Below are positions 32,750 to 42,997 of a stretch of DNA of 64,000 nucleotides, in pieces. A program made the translations under genes and the position numbers. How positions within the stretch are numbered: the stretch's first letter is position 1; each line of letters begins with the position of its first letter. The stretch spans positions 1 through 64,000 of the forward strand of contig CAWCBP010000008.1 of the NCBI GenBank assembly GCA_963793865.1, in the 5' to 3' direction. Source of the stretch: an uncultured delta proteobacterium (lineage in GTDB: Bacteria > Desulfobacterota > WTBG01). The notes under the pieces were generated by a model. That model searched no databases, was not told where the DNA came from, and was given only the letters and a program-made list of their open reading frames with translations.

Positions 32750-33553
32750 ATGGCGGCAAAGATTACCATACTTGATCTTAAGGATATGAAGGAACGGGGC
32801 GAGAAAATAACCATGCTTACCGCCTACGATTGTCCGACCGCCCGCATCCTTGACGGGTGCGGCATCGAGGTTCTGCTGATCGGTGATTCCGTCGGCAATG
32901 CCATGATGGGCCTGGAGAACACCCTGCCGGTCACCGTTGAGGAGATGATTTACCATACCAGGGCGGTGGTCAGGGGGAGGAAGCGCGCCCTGGTTGTGGC
33001 GGACATGCCCTTCATGTCCTACCAGGTGAGCGTTGAGCAGGCGAAACGGGAAGCAGGCAGGATGATCAAGGAGGGTGGGGCGGAGGCGGTGAAGCTGGAG
33101 GGCGGTGAGGTCATGGAAGATGTGATCAAGGCCATCTGCGATATTGATATCCCGGTGATGGGGCACATTGGACTGACGCCTCAATCCGTTCACCGCATGG
33201 GTGGCTACAGGGTGCAGGGCAGGGAGGAGCGGCAGAGAAAAAAGCTTCTGGCCGATGCCAGGGCGGTCGAGCGAGCGGGCGCGTTCTGCCTTGTGCTTGA
33301 GGCCATTCCGGCCAGGCTTGCCGCGGAAATTACCCAAACCGTGCGCATTCCCACCATCGGCATTGGAGCCGGCGTCAATTGTGACGGGCAGGTGCTGGTG
33401 ATCCATGATCTGCTGGGCATCGCCGGCGCCTTCAGACCGAAATTCGTGAAGCAGTACGCGAATCTGGAGGCTGTCATAACCAAAGCGGTGACAACCTATC
33501 TCTCAGAGGTTAAAAAGAAGCGGTTTCCCTCCGCTCAACACAGCTTCGAGTAA
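32750..33553 (+). CDS. panB: 3-methyl-2-oxobutanoate hydroxymethyltransferase
   Basis: MLTAYD, LIGDS, VADMPF, VKLEGG, GHIGLTPQ, IGIGAG..DGQVLV. Confidence 0.97.
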   Translation: MAAKITILDLKDMKERGEKITMLTAYDCPTARILDGCGIEVLLIGDSVGNAMMGLENTLPVTVEEMIYHTRAVVRGRKRALVVADMPFMSYQVSVEQAKREAGRMIKEGGAEAVKLEGGEVMEDVIKAICDIDIPVMGHIGLTPQSVHRMGGYRVQGREERQRKKLLADARAVERAGAFCLVLEAIPARLAAEITQTVRIPTIGIGAGVNCDGQVLVIHDLLGIAGAFRPKFVKQYANLEAVITKAVTTYLSEVKKKRFPSAQHSFE

Positions 33554-33567
33554 CCGGAGGCGTTTTC

Positions 33568-34413
33568 GTGCAGGTCATTAGCGGCGTCAGAGACATGCAG
33601 GTATCCGCCGAGGGGGCGCGGCGGCAGGGCAAGCGCATTGTGCTCGTTCCCACCATGGGGTTTCTCCATCAGGGGCACGTGAGCCTGATGCAGGAGGGCC
33701 GGCGGCGCGGCGATCTGCTGGTGATGAGCATTTTTGTCAATCCCACCCAGTTCGGGGCGGGTGAGGACTACGAAGCCTATCCCCGCGACATGGAACGGGA
33801 CCAGGACCTGGCCCGGCAGGCCGGCGTTGATATCATCTTTGCCCCGTCAGCACGGGAGATGTATCCTGCGCACTATCAGACATACGTGCATGTGGAAGAG
33901 GTCACCAAATATTTATGCGGTGCCTCCCGGCCGACCCACTTCAGGGGGGTGACCACGGTGGTGTGCAAGCTCTTTCATATCGTCAAGCCCCACGCGGCCA
34001 TTTTCGGCGAGAAGGATTTTCAGCAGCTGGTGGTCATCCGGCGCATGGTCACCGACCTCAACCTGGATGTGGAGATTGTGGGGATGCCCACCTACCGCGA
34101 GAGAGACGGGCTGGCCATGAGCTCACGCAATTCCTACTTGACGCCGCCTGAGCGCACGGCAGCCCTTTGTATATCGCGGGCGCTGCAGCAGGCCGCCGCG
34201 CTTTTCGGACAGGGCGAGCGCCGGGCGGAAGCAATTGTCCGTGCCGCTCGCGACATCATTGCCGCCGAGCCGCTGGCCGGGGTCGATTACATTGCGCTGT
34301 GCGATACGGAGGAGCTTAATGACCTGGTGCAGATTGACCGGGAAGCGGTGCTGGCCGTGGCGGTAAAGATCGGCAGGGCGCGGCTCATCGATAACGTCGT
34401 ACTCAAGCCATAA
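33568..34413 (+). CDS. panC: Pantoate--beta-alanine ligase
   Basis: VPTMGFLHQGH, SIFVNPTQF, FGEKDFQQ, GLAMSSRN, RLIDN. Confidence 0.97.
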   Translation: MQVISGVRDMQVSAEGARRQGKRIVLVPTMGFLHQGHVSLMQEGRRRGDLLVMSIFVNPTQFGAGEDYEAYPRDMERDQDLARQAGVDIIFAPSAREMYPAHYQTYVHVEEVTKYLCGASRPTHFRGVTTVVCKLFHIVKPHAAIFGEKDFQQLVVIRRMVTDLNLDVEIVGMPTYRERDGLAMSSRNSYLTPPERTAALCISRALQQAAALFGQGERRAEAIVRAARDIIAAEPLAGVDYIALCDTEELNDLVQIDREAVLAVAVKIGRARLIDNVVLKP

Positions 34414-34431
34414 CAGGCTGGTGAAAAAAGC

Positions 34432-34459
34432 GCAGGGGCGACCGGCCGTTCGCCCCTAC
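34432..34459. repeat. REP-like palindrome family A (2 mismatches)
   Basis: gcaggggcgaccggccgttcgcccctac. Confidence 0.8.
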
Positions 34460-34484
34460 ATGGATTGTAACTGATGCATGCATC

Positions 34485-35189
34485 CTACCTGCAATATTCC
34501 TCGCGAATCATCTTCATATCTTCCCACACCTCCCGCTTCCGTTCCGGATTTCTGAGCAGGAAGGCAGGGTGAAAGGTTGCTATCAGCCTGGCATCGCGGT
34601 AGGAGAAAAACCTGCCCCTCAGGCGGGAGATCTTCTCATCGGTCTGCAGCAGCGTCTGTGCCGCGAAGGTTCCCAGTGCGCAGATGATCCTCGGCCCGAT
34701 GGCCTCGAGCTGCTTAATGAGAAAAGGTTCACACGCCCCGATTTCATCGGGCTCCGGGTTTCGATTGCCCGGGGGCCGGCACTTGATGATGTTGGCGATG
34801 TAGACTTCATCGCGGCTGAGATTGATCGAGCCTATGATTTTGGTGAGCAGCTGGCCTGCCCTGCCGACGAACGGTTCTCCCTGCCGGTCTTCGTCCTCCC
34901 CGGGTCCCTCGCCCACAAATACCAGCCGGGCTTCGGGATTTCCAACGCCGAAGACAATGTGGGTGCGCTGGCGGTGCAGCTTGCACCGTGTGCACTCCCC
35001 CAGCTCCTGCCTTATGTTCCGGAGGAGATGTTCCTTTCCCGCGGGAAGCCGCTCATCGGAGGGGGGCAGCACCTCACCCGAAACGGGCAGACCCTCAACC
35101 CCTTCCTCTTTCCGGCAGCGCAGGTAGTCCTCCAGAGAGGCAATCACCTGTCCCAGTTCAACTTTCAGCTGATTGCTCTTCTCCATCAT
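34485..35189 (-). CDS. Uracil-DNA glycosylase family 4
   Basis: CTRC Fe-S ligands, GEGPG..ED..G.PFVGRAG, KCRPPGNR, HPAFLLR. Confidence 0.93.
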   Translation of the reverse strand: MMEKSNQLKVELGQVIASLEDYLRCRKEEGVEGLPVSGEVLPPSDERLPAGKEHLLRNIRQELGECTRCKLHRQRTHIVFGVGNPEARLVFVGEGPGEDEDRQGEPFVGRAGQLLTKIIGSINLSRDEVYIANIIKCRPPGNRNPEPDEIGACEPFLIKQLEAIGPRIICALGTFAAQTLLQTDEKISRLRGRFFSYRDARLIATFHPAFLLRNPERKREVWEDMKMIREEYCR

Positions 35190-36433
35190 CTTTCTTTTTT
35201 TCGTCCCCCGGCGGGGTTTTGCTGCGCCGCGGCATGGAGGCCTGCTCTGCCTTCAGCTCTTTGACTTTGTCCAGGATTTTATCCGCCAGCTCATCCTTAT
35301 CCATGAGCGGGAGGCTGTTGATCCTGCCCTCGTAGTCAATAAGGGTTGCCTCATTGCTATCTGAGCCGAAGCCCCCCTGCTTTTGGAGCGCGCTGTTGAC
35401 CACAATCATGTCCAGATTTTTACGGTCCAGCTTTGACTTGGCCTGGGAGATGAGGTTCTTGGTCTCGGCCGCAAAGCCCACCAGAAACCTGTTCCCCTTG
35501 TTTCTCCCCAGCTGGTAGAGGATGTCGGGGTTTCGTTCCAGCTCCAGGCTCAGGGTCTTGCGTATCTTTTTCATCTTTTCCCCGAAGCTCTTCTTGGGGC
35601 GGTAATCGGATACGGCAGCCGTCTTGATGATAATGGTGGAGGCCTTGGCGTGCAGCATCACAACCTTGTACATCTCCAGCGCGGTAGTGACGCTGACGGT
35701 CTGGACGCGGGCGGGCGGCTTGAGACCGGTGGGCCCGGTCACCAGCAATACCTCGGCGCCTCTTCTCTGGGCGGCCCTGGCCAGGGCATAACCCATTTTC
35801 CCCGAGGAGCGGTTGGTCAGCATGCGCACCGGATCGAGCGGTTCTTCAGTCGGGCCCGCGGTTACCAGGATGCGCTCGCCCTGAAGGTCCTTCGGGGTGA
35901 TAAACGGGATTACCTCTTCCAGTATGTCCGCCGGCTCGGCCATTCTTCCCTGGCCTTCATAGCCGCAGGCAAGTTCTCCCGGTACCGGGTCCGCGAAGCG
36001 GAAGCCGCGCTCGCGCAATTTTTCCACATTATGGCGGGTTGCGGGATTTTCCCACATCTTGACGTTCATGGCCGGGGCGATAAGCACCGGCGCGGAGGTG
36101 GCCAGCACCACGGTAGACAGGAGATCGTCGGCCAGGCCGTTGGCAATTTTGGCGATGATGTTCGCGGTCGCGGGCGCGATGATCAGCAGGTCCGCCCTGT
36201 CTGCCAGGGCAATGTGGGATATTTCGTCGCTGTAGCGGCGCGAACATGTCCGTGTACACCGGGTGCCCGGAAACGGTCTGAAAGGTCAGCGGGGCGACAA
36301 ACTGCCGGGCGTGGTCGGTCATCACCACATACACCTCTGCCTGCCGCTTGCGAAGCAGGCGCACCAGTTCAACCGCTTTATAAGCGGCGATGCCGCCGGT
36401 GATGCCAACCACAATATTTTGTCCCTTGATCAT
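35158..36433 (-). CDS. coaBC: Bifunctional phosphopantothenoylcysteine decarboxylase/synthetase (frameshift near 36230)
   Basis: GITGGIAAYK, APAMN, LACGYEGQGR, TAGPT.E.LDPVR..NRSSGKMG, AAVSDY, GFAAET. Confidence 0.93.
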
Positions 36434-36489
36434 ACGCTTCTTCCTGTACAGGTGCCGTTAGGCACGGTGATGTTTTTGTGAGGGTCAGG

Positions 36490-37725
36490 TTAAAGGGCCT
36501 CTTCCTGTTCTTCCGGTCCCTCTTTCGCCGGGGAAACGCTCACCTCCGCCTCGATGAGGGGCGGAGCGATGCGGATGACGGAAATGGTAAATCCTTCGAA
36601 TTGCTTCCCCTCCAGTTCCTGGGCCAGCGCGAGGGTGTCAGAGCCGGACTCCAGCTCCAGCAGGGCCCCCCTGGCTGCCACGCTCTTTTGCTCGATGGCG
36701 GTAATGGCGGGGATGTTTTTTTTCAGTGCATTTTTAAACGCTGTGAAATCAGAATAGCTGGATATGCCGGAAACGCTGAGGCTGGTTATCAGGACCCCCT
36801 TGCTTTCCTTTGACCAGCGCTGCGCGATCTGCTCGCCTATCTGGCGGGCAAATGTCCGTGAAGCGTTCTTGATGGCGCTGTCATATGCGGAGTCATCGCT
36901 TTCCCCGCTTGAAGGCATGTAGGTTTCAATGGAGCCCAGGACGGAGCCGTCATCGGTCTTTACCGCCCTGCCGGCGATATTTGCCTGAACCTCCTGCGCG
37001 AATGCGTCCCCGCTCCCCCCGGCGGCCGGGCCTGCCTGCGCCCTCGCAGTAATTATTACGTCGGCCTGGAACTGCCTGCCCAGGGCCTGGAGGTCTTCAA
37101 CATCAGGGTCAAGGCATCCGTAGACATTACTGCCGGTGATCTGCAGGATCATGCGGGAGTGGTCAATAACTTCGAATCCCTGCTTCTCCAGTTCGTCGCG
37201 CATCGCCAGGTCAGGCGGGGTTAAGGCGGTTTCGGGATCGATGAAGGACCACCAGCAGGTATAGACGTCCCGGCCGGGCTGCTGCCGGGCAATCATCAGC
37301 AGAACGGCGGGCAGCGCGCGTTCCGGCCCGATCAACTGGTCCACCGCCAGATACTTTTCCAGCTTCCTGAGGTTCACGTTTGACTGCAGCGTAATATGGT
37401 AGCGATCGCCGCGCCTGCTGTCATAGAGAATCTTGTAGCTTTCTATATAATCGGTCGCCTTGTCAAACAGCAGCCCACTGAGGGAAGGGAGCTGCTGGTT
37501 CATCTGCTCAAAGGTCATGATCGTACCTACCGCCTGGACAAGCGCCTTGCGGTGTGCGTCAGCAATGGCACTGCTTTGGGCGGTGACGAGGTTGTTGTCG
37601 CTGATCTGGGCAATCCCGGTGGTGACCACGGCGTTACCCGGAGAGGTCCCCTGGGAGAAGGCCGCGCTTCCTGCAACCAACATGCTCAGGAAAAATGCTG
37701 TTACGGTACACAGATGTTTTATCAT
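36490..37725 (-). CDS. Periplasmic protein (FlgT N-terminal-like/DUF2066-like)
   Basis: Signal peptide; A..AIADA.RKAL.QAVG N-terminal pattern; C-terminal ferredoxin-like segment. Confidence 0.55.
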   Translation of the reverse strand: MIKHLCTVTAFFLSMLVAGSAAFSQGTSPGNAVVTTGIAQISDNNLVTAQSSAIADAHRKALVQAVGTIMTFEQMNQQLPSLSGLLFDKATDYIESYKILYDSRRGDRYHITLQSNVNLRKLEKYLAVDQLIGPERALPAVLLMIARQQPGRDVYTCWWSFIDPETALTPPDLAMRDELEKQGFEVIDHSRMILQITGSNVYGCLDPDVEDLQALGRQFQADVIITARAQAGPAAGGSGDAFAQEVQANIAGRAVKTDDGSVLGSIETYMPSSGESDDSAYDSAIKNASRTFARQIGEQIAQRWSKESKGVLITSLSVSGISSYSDFTAFKNALKKNIPAITAIEQKSVAARGALLELESGSDTLALAQELEGKQFEGFTISVIRIAPPLIEAEVSVSPAKEGPEEQEEAL

Positions 37726-37735
37726 GGTTTGCGGT

Positions 37736-38992
37736 TTATTGGATGTAGGGTTTGAGCTCGCGGGCCAGCGCCCGGTTGATATCAGCCTCTATGACAACAC
37801 CCGTTTCCACATAGGTGGCGGTGTGGATGGTGCCCTGTTTCATGATGCGGTCGATGGTTTCCCAGGCCTCGAAAGGAATGGTCAGCCTGACTCTTTTGAA
37901 TTCGGGCAGAAGCAGGCGCCCGATCAGGGAGCACAACCCGTCGATTCCTTCACCGGTCGCTGCCGAGATGCCGATTCCGTGGTCGACCTTTCGTTCCCAC
38001 CGCCGCAGCAGGGAGCGCTCGGCGAGAAGGTCAATTTTGTTGAACGCGTGGACGACGGTTCTCGGGGGCATATCGATTTCCGCGAGCACTCTATTCACCG
38101 CGTCGATGTGTGCCTCGCAATGGGGGCTGCTAACATCAATGACGTGGAGCAGAAGGTCCGATGCCGTCACCTCTTCAAAGGTCGCCTTGAAGGCGGCAAT
38201 GAGCTGGTGCGGGAGCTTGTTGATGAACCCGACCGTATCGGTGATGAATGCCTCCTGATGGCCGCCCAGCCTGAGCTTTCCAACCTTGGGGTCCAGCGTG
38301 CTGAAAAGCTGGTCCTTGACCAGCACCTGTGTGCGGGAGAGCCGGTTGAGCAGGGTCGATTTGCCGGAATTGGTGTAGCCGACAAGGGCTATCATGGAGC
38401 GGAGGCGCTCCTTCCTGTCCAGGCGGTGGAGGGTCCTCACCCTGCGCACCTTATCCAGCTCCCGGTTCAATCTGGTGATACGCTCCTTGATTCTCCTGCG
38501 GTCTACCTCCAGCTTGGTTTCACCCGGTCCCCTGGTACCAATGCCGCCGCCCAGCCGGGAAAGGCTTACCCCCTTTCCGGTCAGCCGGGGCAGGGTATAG
38601 GTGAGCTGGGCCAGCTCCACCTGCAGCTTTCCCTCCCCGGACCGGGCCCGCTGGGCGAAAATATCCAGAATCAGCGCGGTGCGGTCAATGGTTTTTGTTC
38701 CAAACAGTGTTTCCAGGTTTCGCTGCTGGGTAGGCGTGAGCTCGTCATCAAAGATAATCACATCAACCGGCTGTGAGGCTATGAATGACCGTATTTCTTC
38801 CGCCTTGCCTTTTCCGATGAGCAGCGCCGCGTCCATCTTTCTCAGTGACTGGACCAGGGTTTTCACCACCCGGGCCCCGGCGGTTTCAGCCAGGCGGGAC
38901 AATTCTTCGAGCGAATCCGCAATCTCCCACTCGGCTTTATTTCTTGGCGTTCCTATGAGCAGTGCTTTTTCTCTGGTGATGCCGGGCCCCAT
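37736..38992 (-). CDS. hflX: GTPase HflX
   Basis: IGKGKAEE, LILDIFAQRA, EGKLQVELAQ, GYTNSGKS, DTVGF, NKID. Confidence 0.96.
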   Translation of the reverse strand: MGPGITREKALLIGTPRNKAEWEIADSLEELSRLAETAGARVVKTLVQSLRKMDAALLIGKGKAEEIRSFIASQPVDVIIFDDELTPTQQRNLETLFGTKTIDRTALILDIFAQRARSGEGKLQVELAQLTYTLPRLTGKGVSLSRLGGGIGTRGPGETKLEVDRRRIKERITRLNRELDKVRRVRTLHRLDRKERLRSMIALVGYTNSGKSTLLNRLSRTQVLVKDQLFSTLDPKVGKLRLGGHQEAFITDTVGFINKLPHQLIAAFKATFEEVTASDLLLHVIDVSSPHCEAHIDAVNRVLAEIDMPPRTVVHAFNKIDLLAERSLLRRWERKVDHGIGISAATGEGIDGLCSLIGRLLLPEFKRVRLTIPFEAWETIDRIMKQGTIHTATYVETGVVIEADINRALARELKPYIQ

Positions 38993-39095
38993 GCTTTTGT
39001 AAGCTGTGCGTTTGACGACGAGCGACGTTTTCCCCCCGCCCGCGACATGTATGCTGTTCAGCGTTCGATCACAGCGATCATAATAGAACAATAGT

Positions 39096-40028
39096 TCAAA
39101 TATTCAAGAACTTTCTCAACAGCTCATCGACGGCGGCGGTTTGTCCGGGCAGCATGAACCACTCTATTTCCGGGTCTTTCCGGAACCAGGTTAATTGACG
39201 CTTGGCGTATCGTTTGGTGTTCACTTTTATAAGCCGTATTGCCTCGTCCAGGGTTATTTCGCCCCGGATATGGCTCAGCATCTGTTTGTATCCCAGGCTC
39301 TGGAAAGCCTTTATGGAGTGAGCATATCCTTTCGAGAGCAGCCCCCTCACTTCTTCCTCAAGGCCGGATGAAATCATGGAGTCAACCCGCTCCTCGATGC
39401 GGCGGTAAATCTCTCTCCGGTCTCTTATAAGCCCTATTTTCAGGGGGGTAAACGCCGAGGTGCTGAAGCGGTGGTCCCGATGGTGTTCGGAAATGGTCCT
39501 GCCCGTGAGATGGAATACCTCGAGCGCCCTGATGATCCTGAAGGTGTCGTTGGGGTGGATGCGCGACGCGGCCTCCGGGTCAACCTCCCCGAGCTGCCGG
39601 TAGAGATGCCGGTTGCCCTTTTCCGCCTCCAGTTTTTTGAGCCTCTCCCGCAACTGCCTGTCCGCGGGCGGGGCGGGGAAAAGGCCTTTGAGCAGGGCCT
39701 TAATGTACAGCCCGGTTCCGCCTGTCACCAGCGCGCGTTTGCCGCTCTGCGCCAGAGCGCTGATGATCCGGTGCGCCTCTTCCCGGAACTGCGCCGCGCT
39801 GTATTCCTCGTCGGGATTCCTGATGTCAAGGAGATGGTGGGTGACCAGATTCCTGTCCGCGGGAGGCGGTTTTGCCGACCCTATGTCCATGCCCCGGTAC
39901 ACCTGCATGGAATCGGCATTGATAATCTCCAGTCCGAATTGCAGGGCCAGCTCCAGGGCAAGCGCTGATTTGCCCACGGCTGTGGGTCCCACGATAACGA
40001 TCAGGGGTATAGGTTCGAGTTGGTTCAT
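39096..40028 (-). CDS. miaA: tRNA dimethylallyltransferase
   Basis: GPTAVGKS, ADSMQVYRGMDIGSAKP, GGTGLY, YAKRQLTWF. Confidence 0.97.
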   Translation of the reverse strand: MNQLEPIPLIVIVGPTAVGKSALALELALQFGLEIINADSMQVYRGMDIGSAKPPPADRNLVTHHLLDIRNPDEEYSAAQFREEAHRIISALAQSGKRALVTGGTGLYIKALLKGLFPAPPADRQLRERLKKLEAEKGNRHLYRQLGEVDPEAASRIHPNDTFRIIRALEVFHLTGRTISEHHRDHRFSTSAFTPLKIGLIRDRREIYRRIEERVDSMISSGLEEEVRGLLSKGYAHSIKAFQSLGYKQMLSHIRGEITLDEAIRLIKVNTKRYAKRQLTWFRKDPEIEWFMLPGQTAAVDELLRKFLNI

Positions 40029-40040
40029 CGTGCGTGCGGG

Positions 40041-40089
40041 TGGCGATGCGTGAGCGTACCGCAGGGGATGGGTGTTTTTCAACAGCCTG
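40041..40089 (-). mobile_element. Truncated copy of the 10540-10664 MITE-like element
   Basis: caggctgttgaaaaacacccatc..cggtacgctca begins immediately after the apt TAA. Confidence 0.6.
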
Positions 40090-40614
40090 TTAGTGCCCGG
40101 GGAATGCCACCAGGGCAAATACGGGGTATCCTTCCAGCTTTTCCTTTCCCTTCAGATCAGGGAGATCCACAATAAAGGCGCATTCCACAACCTTCCCCCC
40201 GGCCATTTCCACCAGCTCGCACGCCGCTTTCATGGTGCCGCCGGTGGCGAGCAGGTCATCAACCATCAGCACCCGCATGCCCGGCGTGACCGCGTCCTTA
40301 TGCATTTCAATTGCATCGGTGCCGTACTCCAGCTGGTAATTCCTGCGGTAGGTCTCCGCAGGGAGCTTGCCCGGCTTGCGGATGGGGATGAATCCCCGTC
40401 CCAGCCGGCAGGCTATGGCTCCGGCGATGATAAAACCACGGGACTCGATACCTGCCACCATGTCAATGTCCATGCTTTGATAGCGATTGACTAAGGCGTC
40501 AACCGTGTGCTGCAAGCCCTGGGCGTCCTTGAGCAGGGTGGTGATATCGCGGAACAGTATGCCTTTTTTGGGGAAATTGGGGATAGTGCGGATCTTTGCC
40601 TTGATAGTGTCCAT
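40090..40614 (-). CDS. apt: Adenine phosphoribosyltransferase
   Basis: FPKKGILFRDIT, GIESRGF, RKPGKLP, LEYG, VDDLLATGGT. Confidence 0.97.
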   Translation of the reverse strand: MDTIKAKIRTIPNFPKKGILFRDITTLLKDAQGLQHTVDALVNRYQSMDIDMVAGIESRGFIIAGAIACRLGRGFIPIRKPGKLPAETYRRNYQLEYGTDAIEMHKDAVTPGMRVLMVDDLLATGGTMKAACELVEMAGGKVVECAFIVDLPDLKGKEKLEGYPVFALVAFPGH

Positions 40615-40638
40615 GGGGGTTTCCTTTCTCCTGCGCCT

Positions 40639-41973
40639 TCAGGCGATGAGGTAGAGCGCAATCAGGATGGCGCTCACCAGATAAACCATCCAGTGCACCT
40701 CCCTTCCTTTCCCGCATCCCAGCTTTATGAGCGGGTAGCTGACAAAGCCTATGGCGAGGCCGTTGGAGATGCTGAAGGTGAGGGGCATGGTTACAATAGT
40801 GAGAAATGCCGGGATAGCCTCGTCGGGCGATGTCCAGCGGATTTTAGTAATGGACTGCATCATCAGGCTGCCGACCACGATCAGCGCCGGCGCGGTTACG
40901 GGATGCAGCAGTATGGCGCTGCCCTCGCCCCGGTAACCGCCCCCGAACATGTTTGCCAGGGGGGAGCAAAAAAGGGAAAGCAGAAGCAGCAGGGCGGTTA
41001 TCACACTGGCGAGTCCCGTTCTTCCGCCTTCGGAGACCCCGGTCGCGCTCTCGATATAGCTGGTCAGTGGCGAGGTGCCGCAGAGGGAACCCAGGGTGGT
41101 GCCGACGGCATCGGAGAAGAGCGCCCTGCCGGCGCGCGGCAGCCTGCCGTTTTTCACCAGCCCCGCCTGTTCGCCCACGCCGATCAATGTGCCGATGGTA
41201 TCAAACAGGTTAAGAAACAGAATGGTAAAAATGGGCATGATGAAGGCGGCGCTGAACGCGCCTGCGATGTCAAGCTTGAGCCAGGTAGGCCTCATGGATG
41301 GTATGGGGCTCACCAAACCTTTGTACTCAACCAGCCCGGTGATGACGCCCAGGGTGCCGGTACAAAGGATGCCCAGCAGGATCGCGCCCTTGATCCGCCG
41401 CGCCATCATGACCGCGGTGATCAGCAGGCCTGCGATGGCAACCAGGGCGGGCGGGGCACTTAAATCGCCCATGGTGAGAAAGGTGGCGGCATTGGGGACC
41501 ACGATGCCCGCCTCCCTCAACCCGATAAAGGCTATGAAGGTCCCGATGCCGGCAGCGATGCCGTGCTTTATCCCCCCGGGTATGGCTTCAAATATAACTT
41601 CCCTGAGTTTCACCGCGGTCAGAAGCAGGAAAAGTGAGCCGGAAAGAAAAACCATGCCCAGTGCGATTTCCCAGGGCACCCCCATGGATGAGCAAATCTG
41701 GTAGCTGAACAGTGCGTTTATGCCCATGCCGGGCGCCTGGGCTATGGGATAGTTGGCCAGAAGGGCCATCAGCATGGTTGCGGCTGCCGCGGAGATGCAG
41801 GTGGCGACCATAACCGCGTTAAAATCCATTCCCGCGCCCTGGGATAAAATAGCCGGGTTTACGAAAATAATGTAAGCCATGGTCATGAAGGTGGTGACGC
41901 CGGCTATGATTTCCGTGCGGACGGTCGAGCCTGACTCTTCTATTTTGAAAAACCGGTTGAGTGTGTTTTTCAT
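40639..41973 (-). CDS. NCS2/AzgA family purine permease
   Basis: TTFMTMAYIIFVNP, APGMG.NA, FDTIGTL, YIESATGV..GGRTGL. Confidence 0.93.
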   Translation of the reverse strand: MKNTLNRFFKIEESGSTVRTEIIAGVTTFMTMAYIIFVNPAILSQGAGMDFNAVMVATCISAAAATMLMALLANYPIAQAPGMGINALFSYQICSSMGVPWEIALGMVFLSGSLFLLLTAVKLREVIFEAIPGGIKHGIAAGIGTFIAFIGLREAGIVVPNAATFLTMGDLSAPPALVAIAGLLITAVMMARRIKGAILLGILCTGTLGVITGLVEYKGLVSPIPSMRPTWLKLDIAGAFSAAFIMPIFTILFLNLFDTIGTLIGVGEQAGLVKNGRLPRAGRALFSDAVGTTLGSLCGTSPLTSYIESATGVSEGGRTGLASVITALLLLLSLFCSPLANMFGGGYRGEGSAILLHPVTAPALIVVGSLMMQSITKIRWTSPDEAIPAFLTIVTMPLTFSISNGLAIGFVSYPLIKLGCGKGREVHWMVYLVSAILIALYLIA

Positions 41974-42163
41974 GCTAGGACTTATGCAGAATTGCCGTGG
42001 TGGAGGGACAGTTATAACGGGAATGGAGATTTCCCGTCAAGGGAAAAGTCTCGGCGCTTCCCGAGGTAAAAAAAGGGACGCCCTTAAATATCTCAGTTGT
42101 TACGTTAGCTGAAGTTGAAATTTAGAAATGTAAGAGCGTCCCTCTTTAGAATATTCGGGATAA

Positions 42164-42390
42164 GGGGACGTTGTTGACAAATTGTACAAAGTTAATAAAA
42201 GAACTACTTCAATTCGGAAGCAGGCGGCATCCGCTTCCAAAACTACGAAAAAAACGCGCGTGTCAATTTGTAATGGAATACGGCTTTTCATTGGCCGAAA
42301 CAGCACGCCAGTTCGACGAATCAACATCAGCAGTAGCACGCATGCTGGAGCGGAATGAATGAGAAAGTACAATTTGTCAACAACGTCCCC
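42164..42390. mobile_element. 227-bp non-autonomous element with 24-bp perfect terminal inverted repeats and an HTH gene remnant
   Basis: ggggacgttgttgacaaattgtac / gtacaatttgtcaacaacgtcccc; internal frame ..MEYGFSLAETARQFDESTSAVARML. Confidence 0.7.
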
Positions 42391-42476
42391 CTATTTACCC
42401 CTATTTCCCCTATTTGCTAAGGCAAACCAACTGTCCAGAGGAATTCATAATGCCGTACAACACGGGGCAAAAAGCC

Positions 42477-42506
42477 TTGACACCCTCCGGTGGTATGGAT
42501 TAAATA
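42477..42506 (+). promoter_or_regulatory. Possible sigma-70 promoter of marR
   Basis: TTGACA-17/18 nt-(T)TAAAT. Confidence 0.45.
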
Positions 42507-42541
42507 GCAGCTAAATTATTCTCGGAGATTACGATCTTTCC

Positions 42542-42997
42542 ATGGAAAAAGATGCCGGCTTCAAGGAGGTCATGCTCTGGATCCGTCTGGCCACGACCTT
42601 CAATCTCGTATACCAGGAAATAAAGCACCAGATTAGCAGGGACAGCATAACCGTTCCCCAGCTTGATATCATAAGCTGCCTGGGGCGGACCGGGGGACTT
42701 CCCTTAAGCGAACTGGCCGAGCGCCTGCTGGTCAGCGGGGGCAATATCACCGGCATCATTGACCGGCTGGAGAAAAACGGGTATGTGTTCCGCGCCCGTG
42801 ATGAGGGTGACAGAAGAGTGGTACGGGCGCTGCTGACAGAGAAGGGATACGTGCTATACAAGGCCTTCCTGCCCCGCTACAAGGACATTGTGGCGGATAT
42901 CAATAAGGGATTAAGCGCCCAAGAGCGGAAGGATCTGCAAAGGCTGCTTAAGAAACTGGCGCAGAGTGTTCTGCTGACCCAGAAGGCAAGGAGGTAA
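42542..42997 (+). CDS. MarR family transcriptional regulator
   Basis: ITVPQLDII, LSELAERL, NITGIIDRLEKNG, DRR..LTEKG. Confidence 0.93.
   Translation: MEKDAGFKEVMLWIRLATTFNLVYQEIKHQISRDSITVPQLDIISCLGRTGGLPLSELAERLLVSGGNITGIIDRLEKNGYVFRARDEGDRRVVRALLTEKGYVLYKAFLPRYKDIVADINKGLSAQERKDLQRLLKKLAQSVLLTQKARR

Noticed and set aside
37460..38776. Long antisense ORFs (also 13393-14487, 18794-19687, 40507-41463, 58075-59313)
   Set aside because: They are shadows of well-supported genes in GC-rich DNA with no recognisable motifs.
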